A program made the position numbers and the translations under genes. The notes under the pieces were generated by a model. It saw nothing but the letters and a program-made list of their open reading frames with translations. It ran no database searches and was not told the origin of the DNA. From positions 228,822 to 292,821 of the forward strand of contig CAVQTQ010000005.1 in assembly GCA_963716615.1 (NCBI GenBank): a stretch of 64,000 nt of DNA, written 5' to 3'. Source of the DNA: an uncultured Acidobacteriaceae bacterium (GTDB lineage: Bacteria; Acidobacteriota; Terriglobia; Terriglobales; Acidobacteriaceae). Below are positions 52,458-61,305 of the stretch, in pieces. Numbering within the stretch: the first letter of the stretch is position 1; each line of letters opens with the position of its first letter.

Positions 52458-54761
52458 ATGAGACGCCTGATCCTTCCGGCTCTGTTTGTTTTATTGCTGC
52501 TCTGTTTGAGACTTCCTGTCGTGGGGAAGAGTCATGATTCTGCCAAGACGCTTTACCAGAAGGGCACCGACGCCGAGGCGCGGCAGAACTACGAGCAAGC
52601 CTTCGACTATTTCAAGCAGGCCTACAATCTGAAGCCGAAAGACCTGAGATATCGAACGGCTTTCGAGCGGACGCGCTTCTATGCAGCTTCGTCGCACGTG
52701 CATCGCGGGCAGATTCTGCGCGATGCCGGCAAGCTCGACGAAGCGGCAGCGGAATTCGAGAAGGGATTGGAGATCGATCCTTCTTCGTTCATCGCGCAGC
52801 AGGAACTGAACCGGACGCGACAGATGATTAGGGAAGCGCAGAATCCGCCACCGCAGGCCGAGGCGCCAACGCCTCTGCGCAGACGGCTGGAAGCCGCGCA
52901 GGGTCCGGTGGAACTGACTCCGATCTCGAACGTGCCTATCACCCTCAAGGTCACGGAAAAATCCAATGTGATCTACGAGACGGTGGGCAAACTGGCGGGC
53001 ATCAACGTGCTTTTCGACCCCGATTACACGCCGCGCCAGGTGCGCATCGAGCTAAACGGGGTGACCCTCGAAGACGCGCTGGAGATCATTTCGTTTGAAA
53101 CCAAAACCTTTTGGCGTCCGGTGACCCCGAATACGATTTTTGTCGCGCAAGACAGTCCTGCGAAGCGGAAAGAGCTGGAACAGAACGTCATCAAAACTTT
53201 TTATCTTTCGAACCTTTCCCAGCCCACCGAATTGCAGGATGTAGTGAATGCGATGCGCACCATCCTCGAAGTGAGCCGCGTTCAGCAGTTGCCCTCGCAA
53301 GGAGCGATCGTGGTGCGGGGCACGCCGGACCAAGTGGCCCTGGCGCAGAAACTGGTGGACGATCTCGACAAGTCGAGACCTGAGGTGTTGATCGATGTAG
53401 CGGTGATGCAGGTGAGCCGCGACAAGTCGCACACGCTTGGAATCAACCCTCCGACCAACATCTCGGTCGCGCTGCAGCCCAATGTCAGCACCACTGCCCC
53501 AACCACCACCACGACAAGCGGCACGACCACGACAACTGGTTCGACGGGGACCGGCCTCAACCTGAATACCCTCGCCAGTCTCAATGCCACGGACTTCCAG
53601 GTGACGATTCCGCAAGCGACGGCGACGGCATTGATGAGCGACACCGATACCAAGGTCATCCAGAGTCCGCAGATCCGCGCGCTGGACGGGCAGAAGGCGA
53701 CATTGAAGATCGGCGATCGCGTGCCGGTGGCGACGGGATCGTTCCAGCCGGGTATTGGCGGAGTCGGTATCAATCCACTGGTGAACACGCAATTTCAATA
53801 CCTCGATGTGGGTGTGAACATCGAAATCACGCCGCGGGTGCATGCCGGACGGGAAATATCTATGAAGTTGACGATGGATGTCTCAGACGTGGACTCGTAT
53901 GTGAGCATTGGAGGCATCAGCCAGCCGGTGATCGGGCAGCGCAAAATCGAAAACGAAATTCGCCTGAAAGAGGGAGAAGTCAGCTTGCTGGGCGGCATGA
54001 TGGAGGACTCTAAGACGAAGGCTCTGACCGGGATCCCGGGTCTGGCTTCGATTCCGATCCTGAAATATCTTTTTGCGCAGGACACCTCGGACCACTCTAC
54101 GAACGAAATCGTATTCGTCCTCGTCCCCCACATTATCCGCGGGCTTGACACTTCTCATAACGGCGCCGATTTGCTCGACGTGGGTACGGCCAGCGGGATT
54201 TCGCTGAGACTATCCAGCAGCAAGCCGGCAGCGCCGGCGAATACGGTTGCGCCCGCTGCGCCGGTTCCCCAGGGAGCAGCTTCTCAAACCATGGTTCCAC
54301 AAGGCCAGAGTCCGCAAGCCCAGCTTCCGCAGAATCGCGCTGCGCAGGCTGGGACGTTCATGTTTGATCCGCCCACCTTGACCCAGGCCAAGGGCTCGAC
54401 CTTTACAGTGAATGTCATGCTTTCGGGCGGCCAGAACGTGTACTCCGTGCCGGTGCAACTCAACTACGATCCGAATCAGGTGTCGGTGGTCAACGTTTCC
54501 AACGGCGGGTTCCTGTCACAGGACGGGCAGGCGGTAGCCTTAGTGCATCGCGACGATCCTCTGACCGGGACGTTACAGATCACGGCCACGCGGCCACCGG
54601 GCGCCGGGGGCGTCTCGGGACAGGGCGCGGTGGTGACGCTCACATTCATGGCGAAGGCGCCGGGCCAGTCGGCTCTGACCATCACGCGAGGCGGAGCACG
54701 GGATCCGGCGATGCAGCCGATTGCGATGAGCGGAGCGCAGGCGGCCATTACCATTCAGTAA
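52458..54761 (+). CDS. Secretin (GspD/PilQ family) with N-terminal TPR region and C-terminal cohesin-like domain
   Basis: Signal peptide MRRLILPALFVLLLLCL. TPR-like stretch AKTLYQKGTDAEARQNYEQAFDYFKQAYNL... Secretin core VIQSPQIRALDGQKATLKIGDRVPV...YLDVGVNIEITPRV...GQRKIENEIRLKEGEVSLLGGMM....K.LTGIPGLASIPILKYLF. The C-terminal 135 aa (FTVNVMLSGGQNVYSVPVQLNYDPNQVSVVNVSNGGFL...GAVVTLTFMAKAPGQSALTI) fit the cohesin pattern. Confidence 0.88.
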   Translation: MRRLILPALFVLLLLCLRLPVVGKSHDSAKTLYQKGTDAEARQNYEQAFDYFKQAYNLKPKDLRYRTAFERTRFYAASSHVHRGQILRDAGKLDEAAAEFEKGLEIDPSSFIAQQELNRTRQMIREAQNPPPQAEAPTPLRRRLEAAQGPVELTPISNVPITLKVTEKSNVIYETVGKLAGINVLFDPDYTPRQVRIELNGVTLEDALEIISFETKTFWRPVTPNTIFVAQDSPAKRKELEQNVIKTFYLSNLSQPTELQDVVNAMRTILEVSRVQQLPSQGAIVVRGTPDQVALAQKLVDDLDKSRPEVLIDVAVMQVSRDKSHTLGINPPTNISVALQPNVSTTAPTTTTTSGTTTTTGSTGTGLNLNTLASLNATDFQVTIPQATATALMSDTDTKVIQSPQIRALDGQKATLKIGDRVPVATGSFQPGIGGVGINPLVNTQFQYLDVGVNIEITPRVHAGREISMKLTMDVSDVDSYVSIGGISQPVIGQRKIENEIRLKEGEVSLLGGMMEDSKTKALTGIPGLASIPILKYLFAQDTSDHSTNEIVFVLVPHIIRGLDTSHNGADLLDVGTASGISLRLSSSKPAAPANTVAPAAPVPQGAASQTMVPQGQSPQAQLPQNRAAQAGTFMFDPPTLTQAKGSTFTVNVMLSGGQNVYSVPVQLNYDPNQVSVVNVSNGGFLSQDGQAVALVHRDDPLTGTLQITATRPPGAGGVSGQGAVVTLTFMAKAPGQSALTITRGGARDPAMQPIAMSGAQAAITIQ

Positions 54762-54777
54762 TCGCGGTGACTGATTT

Positions 54778-55263
54778 ATGAACCAGTCGATTAACATGTG
54801 GAAAGCCAGGGCCGTGGCCATGCGCCGGCAACGCGGCTTTACGCTGATCGAATTGATCGTTGCCACCATGATTCTGTGCATCCTGGTGGGCATGGCGGTT
54901 CCGGTGGAGAAGAACGCCGTTAAACGGTATAACGAGCACGAGCTACGCTACGACTTGTGGATGATCCGCGACGCGATCGACCGTTACAAAGACGCAGCCG
55001 ATCGGGGCGCGTTCCAAACCAAAGTGGGGAGCGAAAACTATCCTCCGGATCTCGACACGCTGGTGAATGGCGTGGATGTTGGCGGCAAGAAACTGAAGTT
55101 TCTGCGCAAGATTCCCGTCGACCCGATGACCAAACAGGAATGGGGAATGCGTTCCATGCAGGATGACAAAGACTCGGATTCCTGGGGTGAGCAAAACGTT
55201 TTCGATGTTTACAGCAAGTCGGACGAAACCGCTTTGGATGGCACCAAATATAAGGACTGGTAG
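54778..55263 (+). CDS. GspG-like pseudopilin 1 (prepilin N-terminal methylation motif)
   Basis: MRRQRG/FTLIELIVATMILCILVGMAVP. The body contains DRYKDAADRG...YPPDLDTLV...KFLRKIPVDPM. The real start may be ATG 54820. Confidence 0.8.
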   Translation: MNQSINMWKARAVAMRRQRGFTLIELIVATMILCILVGMAVPVEKNAVKRYNEHELRYDLWMIRDAIDRYKDAADRGAFQTKVGSENYPPDLDTLVNGVDVGGKKLKFLRKIPVDPMTKQEWGMRSMQDDKDSDSWGEQNVFDVYSKSDETALDGTKYKDW

Positions 55264-55728
55264 ATGAGATTCAGGTCCAAAGCGCGCACACTCAAAGTCA
55301 GCAATCCCAAGGCCGGCAGTCCCAGGGTTCCGAATCTCACGGCGCGCGATCGGGGTTTCACCCTGATCGAGATGCTCGTGGTGATGGTCGTAATCATGAT
55401 CATCCTGGCGATCGCGGTGCCGAATTACACCCACAGCGTGCTGCTGGCCAAGGAAGCCAAACTTCATCAGAATCTGGCGACACTCAATAAAGCCATCACG
55501 GAGTATTCGCTCGACAAGAAGCAAGCGCCACAGTCGCTCGAGGATCTGGTGCCGGGATACATCAAGTTCATCCCGGAGGACATCACCGGCAAAACCGACA
55601 CCTGGAAGTTGGATCCGGAAGACTCCGAAGATGCTTATGATCCGAACCAGATCGGCATCAAGAGTGTTCACAGCGGTTCCGATGGGATGTCGACCACCGG
55701 CGACCCTTACTCGAGCTGGACGCACTAG
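55264..55728 (+). CDS. GspG-like pseudopilin 2 with an unusually long leader
   Basis: ...TARDRG/FTLIEMLVVMVVIMIILAIAVPNY...YSLDKKQAPQSLEDLVPGYIKFIPEDITG. The ATG directly abuts the upstream stop (TAGATG). About 30 residues precede the G/F cleavage site, with no in-frame alternative start. Confidence 0.8.
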   Translation: MRFRSKARTLKVSNPKAGSPRVPNLTARDRGFTLIEMLVVMVVIMIILAIAVPNYTHSVLLAKEAKLHQNLATLNKAITEYSLDKKQAPQSLEDLVPGYIKFIPEDITGKTDTWKLDPEDSEDAYDPNQIGIKSVHSGSDGMSTTGDPYSSWTH

Positions 55729-55759
55729 GTCGGGAACCAAGGCAGAACCAGGTCAGGAG

Positions 55760-56167
55760 ATGAGCGGAACGGCGACAAGACGTGATCGCGGATTCACATT
55801 GATCGAGATCATGGTGGCGATCAGCGTCATTCTGATCCTGTTGGGAGCGGCTATACCCATCTACAGCCACGCCCTCACGCGGAAGCGGGAGGAAAATTTA
55901 CGCCGCAACCTGGAAACGCTGAATCAGATGATCTTTCAGTACACGCTTGACAAGCAAAAAGCGCCACAGTCGCTGGACGATCTGAAGTCGGCGGGGTACC
56001 TGCAGGACATTCCGAAAGACATCACGGACCGCGAAGATACCTGGGTGACGGAGCCGGCCGATGGTGCGATCTGGTCGCTGGATCAAAAGGATGCCGACGG
56101 TATCATCGGCGTGCACAGTGGTTCCGACAAGATCGGCAGCGACGGCAAGGCTTACTCGACTTGGTAG
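55760..56167 (+). CDS. GspG-like pseudopilin 3
   Basis: MSGTATRRDRG/FTLIEIMVAISVILILLGAAIPIY...YTLDKQKAPQSLDDLKSAGYLQDIPKDITD. Start at ATG 55760; the ORF track extends upstream to 55631. Confidence 0.8.
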   Translation: MSGTATRRDRGFTLIEIMVAISVILILLGAAIPIYSHALTRKREENLRRNLETLNQMIFQYTLDKQKAPQSLDDLKSAGYLQDIPKDITDREDTWVTEPADGAIWSLDQKDADGIIGVHSGSDKIGSDGKAYSTW

Positions 56168-56272
56168 AGCAGGCGTCAGTTCTCAGTTCTCAGAAAAGGC
56201 TGGAATCACCCGAATCAACCAGTCAATAGCTTGCCTGGTGCTACGATTCAAGACCAATACCTTAGACCTAAA

Positions 56273-56716
56273 ATGCCTGCTCTGGAGGTTCGCTTGGATT
56301 CTCTCAACCGGTTGCAACCCTTCGCGCTGCTTGTGATGCGGGTAGTGTTGGGAGCGATCATGATCGCGCATGGTTATCACAAGGTGTTTGGTGGATTCCA
56401 TCATCACATGGAGTTCGTGGGCTCGCTCGGTCTCCCTCGCTGGCTGGCATACCTTTCCACGGGGACGGAATTCTTCGGTGGAATCGGAATCGTACTTGGA
56501 CTGTTTACGCGTTTCTTCTCGCTCGCGTTCGTGATCGAGATGGGCGTGGCCATCTGGAAGGTGCACTTCAAGAATGGGCTGACGGGGAACGGCGGATACG
56601 AATTTCCACTGGCATTGGCGACGATTGCGTTGGCGCTGCTTTGTTTTGACGGCGGGCCGTGGGGATTTAATTTCGGGAAGGGCTGGAGAGGTTCGAACCA
56701 AGCAACGAAAGGGTAG
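56273..56716 (+). CDS. DoxX-family membrane protein
   Basis: FALLVMRVVLGAIMIAHGYHKVFGG...GLPRWLAYLSTGTEFFGGIGIVLGLFTRFFSLAFVIEMGVAIWKVH. Confidence 0.85.
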   Translation: MPALEVRLDSLNRLQPFALLVMRVVLGAIMIAHGYHKVFGGFHHHMEFVGSLGLPRWLAYLSTGTEFFGGIGIVLGLFTRFFSLAFVIEMGVAIWKVHFKNGLTGNGGYEFPLALATIALALLCFDGGPWGFNFGKGWRGSNQATKG

Positions 56717-56738
56717 TTCGACCGTCCCTCCGCTGAAT

Positions 56739-58958
56739 TCAGAACTCCGCCAGCTCTTTCATTGCCCGGAACAGGTCGCTAGCCTGCGGCAGAATGGCAT
56801 CCTCGAGAATCGGCTGATAGCCGACGAAGGTGTCAGTGGCTGCGACTCGCTTCACCGGGGCATCGAGGTGGTGGAACAGCTGGTCGGCAATACGGGCGGC
56901 AATTTCGGCGCCATATCCCCAGCTTAGCGAGTCTTCGTAAGCAATTAGCGCGCGGTTGGTTTTCTTCACCGACGCGGCAATCGCATCCCAGTCAAACGGA
57001 TTCAGGCAGCGGAGGTCGATCAGTTCGACGCTGACGCGATGCTCGCGCTCCAGTTTTTGCGCGGCTTGCAGCGCGCGTGGCACCACCGCGCCGTAGGTGA
57101 TGACGGTGAGGTTGTTTCCCGGTTGCACAATCTTGGCTTTTCCGAACGGAACCATGTAGTCGGGGCCGGGATAGGGCGCGCGCCCGTAAGTTTCGCGGTA
57201 GAGGCGTTTGTGTTCGAGGAACAATACCGGGTCGTCGCAGCGGATCGCCGTGCGCAGCAGGCCTGCGGCATCGAGCGCGTTGGAAGGGAACACGACGCGC
57301 AATCCGGGAGTATGGGTGAAGATGCTCTCACCGCATTGCGAATGGTAAATCGCGCCGCCCGTCAGATAACCGCCAATCGCGACCCGGATCACCAACGGGG
57401 CCGAGAAGGCATTATTCGAACGCCAGCGGATGATGGGGAGTTCGTCGCGCAGCTGCATCATCGCCGGCCAGATGTAATCGAAAAACTGAATCTCGACCAC
57501 CGGCTTCAATCCTCGCGTGGCCATGCCAGTGGCGCGGCCGACGATGTTGGCCTCGGCTAGCGGAGAATTGAAGACGCGGTCGGAGCCGAACTCCATCTGC
57601 AGTCCGGAGGTCAGTTTGAAGACTCCGCCCTTGCCTTTAACCAGTTTCCGCTTTACGTATTCTTCTCGGCTGGCGTCGGCTACGTCTTCGCCGAAGACGA
57701 TGATGCGTTCATCGCGGCGCATCTCGTCGCGCAGGGTGCTGTTAATGAGGTCCGCCATGGTTTTATTTTGCGCAGCGGAACGCTTGCCATCGGCCGCGGT
57801 CTCAGAAGCGGCGACTGCGGGATGAGTTTCGAACGCCACGGAAGTGGGATCGAGATCGGGCGAGTACACGTAGTTGTAAATCGTTTCCGGCTGCGGCGGC
57901 GCGGCGTCGAGCGCGCGGTCGGCGTCGGCCTGAATCTGCTCTTCAATTTCCTTCTCGATCTTGTTGATCCCTTTTTCGTCGAGGATTCCCTCGCGCAGCA
58001 GAAACATCTGCAGGCGCGGGACAGGATCGCGCGCGGCATCGGCCTGGCGCTCGGAATCGGGGCGGTAAAGGCGCTCGTCATCGGAGAGCGAGTGGGAATA
58101 GGGACGGATGACATGGGCATGGACAAATGCCGGGCCATGTCCGGCGCGGCAATAATCGGCTGCCCGCTTGAACGCCGCATAGGCGACGACGGGGTCGGTT
58201 CCGTCAATCTCTTCGAAATGGAAGTTGGGGAAGCCGGAGACGAGGCGCGAAATGTTGCCGCCGGAGGTCTGCACCTCGACGGGCACGGAGATCGCGTATT
58301 CGTTGTCTTCGACGCAAAAAATTAGCGGCAGCCGGCGGTTGGAGGCGGTATTCAACGCCTCCCAGAATTCGCCTTGGCTGGTGGTGCCGTCGCCGAGCGA
58401 GACGTAAGTAATCTCATCGCCCTGGAATTGGACATCCTTGAATTGGCGGTAATCGCCCTCGGCTTTCTGCGCGGCCTTGGGGTGCTGGGCGAAATAGCGG
58501 CCGGCTTCGGCGCATCCGGTGGCTTGCAGAATCTGGGTGCCCGTGGCCGACGATTGAGTGACGACATTGAGCCGTTTGTAGGCCCAGTGCGAGGGCATCT
58601 GACGGCCGCCGGAATTAGGATCGTCGGCCGCGCCCACGGCGCCGAGCAGCATTTCGTAAGCAGTTGCGCCCAGGGCGAGACACAGTGCGCGGTCGCGGTA
58701 GTAGGGATAGAACCAGTCGTAGGCGGGCTTCAACGCAAGAGCCGCAGCGACGCCCAGGGCTTCGTGGCCGGCGCCTGAGATCTGGAAAAAGACTTTTTGC
58801 TGGCGCTTGAGCAGGATCTCGCGATCGTCCACGCGGCGCGATGCGAACATGATGCGATAGGCAGCAATCAATTGCTGGCCGGTCAGGCCTTGATACGTCT
58901 TGGCCTTTTTGCCAACGTTGTTTTCGTTCAGCTTGGGATCGACTTTGGTCGTGGCCAT
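56739..58958 (-). CDS. Fused alpha/beta E1 component of a 2-oxoacid (branched-chain/pyruvate-type) dehydrogenase, TPP-dependent
   Basis: The alpha part contains [24 protein letters not shown] and [17 protein letters not shown]. The beta part contains [17 protein letters not shown]...FG..RVFN.PLAE..IVG.A.GMA and a transketolase-C-like tail. Confidence 0.88.
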   Translation of the reverse strand: MATTKVDPKLNENNVGKKAKTYQGLTGQQLIAAYRIMFASRRVDDREILLKRQQKVFFQISGAGHEALGVAAALALKPAYDWFYPYYRDRALCLALGATAYEMLLGAVGAADDPNSGGRQMPSHWAYKRLNVVTQSSATGTQILQATGCAEAGRYFAQHPKAAQKAEGDYRQFKDVQFQGDEITYVSLGDGTTSQGEFWEALNTASNRRLPLIFCVEDNEYAISVPVEVQTSGGNISRLVSGFPNFHFEEIDGTDPVVAYAAFKRAADYCRAGHGPAFVHAHVIRPYSHSLSDDERLYRPDSERQADAARDPVPRLQMFLLREGILDEKGINKIEKEIEEQIQADADRALDAAPPQPETIYNYVYSPDLDPTSVAFETHPAVAASETAADGKRSAAQNKTMADLINSTLRDEMRRDERIIVFGEDVADASREEYVKRKLVKGKGGVFKLTSGLQMEFGSDRVFNSPLAEANIVGRATGMATRGLKPVVEIQFFDYIWPAMMQLRDELPIIRWRSNNAFSAPLVIRVAIGGYLTGGAIYHSQCGESIFTHTPGLRVVFPSNALDAAGLLRTAIRCDDPVLFLEHKRLYRETYGRAPYPGPDYMVPFGKAKIVQPGNNLTVITYGAVVPRALQAAQKLEREHRVSVELIDLRCLNPFDWDAIAASVKKTNRALIAYEDSLSWGYGAEIAARIADQLFHHLDAPVKRVAATDTFVGYQPILEDAILPQASDLFRAMKELAEF

Positions 58959-59113
58959 GCTGCGGCGTTCACCCCAGAGAGTTTCCAGCCCCGCAATATT
59001 GTAAATCAGCTCTCAGCTATCGGTTCTCAGGTGAATCTCTGTATCTTGAGTCCCTGGGTTTCGTGAGCATCTAGCGCGCTATTGACTGCCGGCTCGTATG
59101 AAATCACGCTTTT

Positions 59114-59203
59114 CTGAGAACTGAGAACTGAGAACTGAGAACTGAGAACTGAGAACTGAGAACTGAGAACTGAGAACTGAGAACTGAGAACTGAGAACTG
59201 AGA
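59114..59203. repeat. Heptanucleotide microsatellite (CTGAGAA) x 12.9
   Basis: A perfect 90-nt tract counted by hand (12 full units plus CTGAGA). It sits in the divergent intergenic region between the E1 gene and the HAD phosphatase gene. Confidence 0.95.
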
Positions 59204-59225
59204 CGTGCGTTATCCTGAACTGTCC

Positions 59226-59930
59226 ATGATTCGCTTCCTGCGCCCGTTTGATTCCCGTCGCGTCCGCTTGCTGGTGTTTGATCTCGATGGCACGCTGATC
59301 GACTCGCGCCTGGATTTGATCCACTCCGTGAATGCGATGTTGCGGCATATCGGCCGTCCCGAACTGGACGGCGATGTCATTGCGAGCTATGTGGGAGACG
59401 GCGCTCCCGCGCTGGTGCGTCGCGCGCTCGAGAATACCGACGATGAGGTTTTGCTCCGCGCGGCTCTGGAGTATTTTTTAGGCTACTACCGCCTGCACAA
59501 GCTCGACCACACCGTGGTTTATGAGGGGATTCCGGAGACGCTGGCGGGCTTGGCTGAGCCTTCGAACGGGGTTCAGGCAAATGGAGTGCAGCGGCAGATG
59601 GCCGTGCTCACGAACAAGCCGGTCCGTGCCTCGCGCGATATTGTGCAGGCGCTGGGGCTGGGAGATTTCTTTGTGTGTATATACGGCGGCAACAGTTTTA
59701 CGACGAAGAAGCCCGATCCGCTCGGAGTGCGGACCATCCTGCAGGAAACCGGCGTGGCGGCGGCGGAGGCGTTGATGATCGGCGACTCGTCGGTAGACGT
59801 TTTGACCGGGCGTAATGCCGGGTTGTGGACGTGCGGCGTGACCTATGGATTCGCCCCGCATACGCTGGTGGACGCGCCTCCGGACGTGCTGATTGAAAAG
59901 CCTCGGGAGTTGGGAGAGTTGTTGCGCTAG
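59226..59930 (+). CDS. HAD-superfamily phosphatase (phosphoglycolate phosphatase-like)
   Basis: LLVFDLDGTLIDSRLDL (motif I), LTNKP (motif II), GDSSVDVLTGRNAG (motif IV). Start at ATG 59226; the ORF-track GTG at 59205 abuts the microsatellite. Confidence 0.85.
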   Translation: MIRFLRPFDSRRVRLLVFDLDGTLIDSRLDLIHSVNAMLRHIGRPELDGDVIASYVGDGAPALVRRALENTDDEVLLRAALEYFLGYYRLHKLDHTVVYEGIPETLAGLAEPSNGVQANGVQRQMAVLTNKPVRASRDIVQALGLGDFFVCIYGGNSFTTKKPDPLGVRTILQETGVAAAEALMIGDSSVDVLTGRNAGLWTCGVTYGFAPHTLVDAPPDVLIEKPRELGELLR

Positions 59931-60126
59931 GGGCTGCGCTAACGTTTGGCGTGGATAAGTAGCGCGCACGCCTGATTACAACAATCGCTCCAACCAGCTT
60001 ACGATGCCGGTCATGCACAAGCCGTCCCTGGTGCTATCCGCGCTGCGCATAACGCTCATTGACCGAGCTCTGAGGCTAACGCCTTCCATCTCGCCTGCGC
60101 ATGCGGGCACGAAATTCGTCTGAACC

Positions 60127-61122
60127 CTAATACTCAAGCGTTTCTTGTGTCGCCGTTACGTTCAGACCATAGTTGCAACTTGGAGATGTGCCCGCACCCG
60201 CGGGAGTTCCTGTCCAACCCGGGTCCGAGATCACATTCCGGTTCTGGTCATACAGTTGGGCTGTGAATACCACACTCTCATTGGCGGGAAAATCGCTACA
60301 TTGTTTCACACCGTAAACCTCGAGCACAGCGCCGAAACCCCAATTCCAAACCTGCCCCTCGGCGGGACTCATAGCCAGCGCTGTCTTCTTACCCGTGGTC
60401 TCATCCTCACTTCTCACATTCCAGCTGGCACAGTATTCCAACCCCGCCTTACAGTTGGGGTAAATCAAGCCAAGGATCGTATCGCCCGGTTTCACTTTCA
60501 CCGGTTCGCTCTCCCAAATGATGCCTTTCGGGCAGCAATTCCAGCTCGCCACAGCCCATGGACCCGGCGCATACCACTGCAGTACAGGTTGAACAATGCT
60601 TAGCACATCGCTGTAGTCCTCCAGGCCAGGGAAGAAAAACAGGGTCTGTCCATCATTGGTGGTGGGCTGCGGTGGCACCGTCCAGGTTGCTGTAATTTCG
60701 CCGTACGATGTACTGGTGGTGGCCGATACATATTCAAGCCAGCCGCGAATGATGGGCACGTGTGCTCCGCTCGCCTCTCTGACGTCTGTTGGTACCAGCA
60801 ATCCCGGGGGCGTGTAGTGTGGATAACTGCAAACCGGAACGTTTGCCTCTACCGTGCCATCCGCATGTTCGACGCGTCCATCTGCCAGCAGCGTCTCTCC
60901 TTCCTCCATCCTAAGCACGCACGAAGGATGAAAGTAGCCGATCGGTGTGATCACGTAACCCTCCGGCACTTCCGGAGGCCGGTCCGGCCCTGCTGGAGCA
61001 ACGTTGCTGGCGAAAGCAGGCGCGGTCCCCTGCCCGCTCAGTGATGCGGAAAACATAAACAGGACCGCCAGAACCGCCAAGCCAGCGAGGGAGCAATTGT
61101 TAGATCTTTGTTTGTTAGTCAT
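60127..61122 (-). CDS. Secreted hypothetical protein, possibly glutamic peptidase (G1/eqolisin)-like fold
   Basis: AGGAGA Shine-Dalgarno sequence. Signal peptide MTNKQRSNNCSLAGLAVLAVLFMFSASLSG. The segments TWTVPPQP..., FFFPGLED, IVQPVLQW, VKPGDTILGLIY and GAVLEVYGV parallel the spacing of G1 peptidase blocks. This is a weak call made from memory. Confidence 0.7.
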   Translation of the reverse strand: MTNKQRSNNCSLAGLAVLAVLFMFSASLSGQGTAPAFASNVAPAGPDRPPEVPEGYVITPIGYFHPSCVLRMEEGETLLADGRVEHADGTVEANVPVCSYPHYTPPGLLVPTDVREASGAHVPIIRGWLEYVSATTSTSYGEITATWTVPPQPTTNDGQTLFFFPGLEDYSDVLSIVQPVLQWYAPGPWAVASWNCCPKGIIWESEPVKVKPGDTILGLIYPNCKAGLEYCASWNVRSEDETTGKKTALAMSPAEGQVWNWGFGAVLEVYGVKQCSDFPANESVVFTAQLYDQNRNVISDPGWTGTPAGAGTSPSCNYGLNVTATQETLEY

Positions 61123-61305
61123 AGTGAATCTCCTATAAGCCAACCGGAATTTCCTCTTTGACCTCGAAAACTGCACCATTGTACGCCCATTTCGCCTGGT
61201 CGCGACATTGTGAAATGATTTTCATCTGAACTTAGGGGCGTATCTTCGACAAACCGGAATGTATCCGGTTGTTGGCATCGCATTTCACGCATTGACTCAG
61301 CGCGT

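Noticed and set aside
53052-55740. Minus-strand ORFs of 263 aa and 265 aa opposite the secretin and pseudopilin genes
   Set aside because: They are shadow ORFs. The + strand products carry secretin and prepilin signatures.
59079-59348. 89-aa minus ORF containing SVLSSQF repeats
   Set aside because: It is created purely by reading through the CTGAGAA microsatellite and is not a gene.
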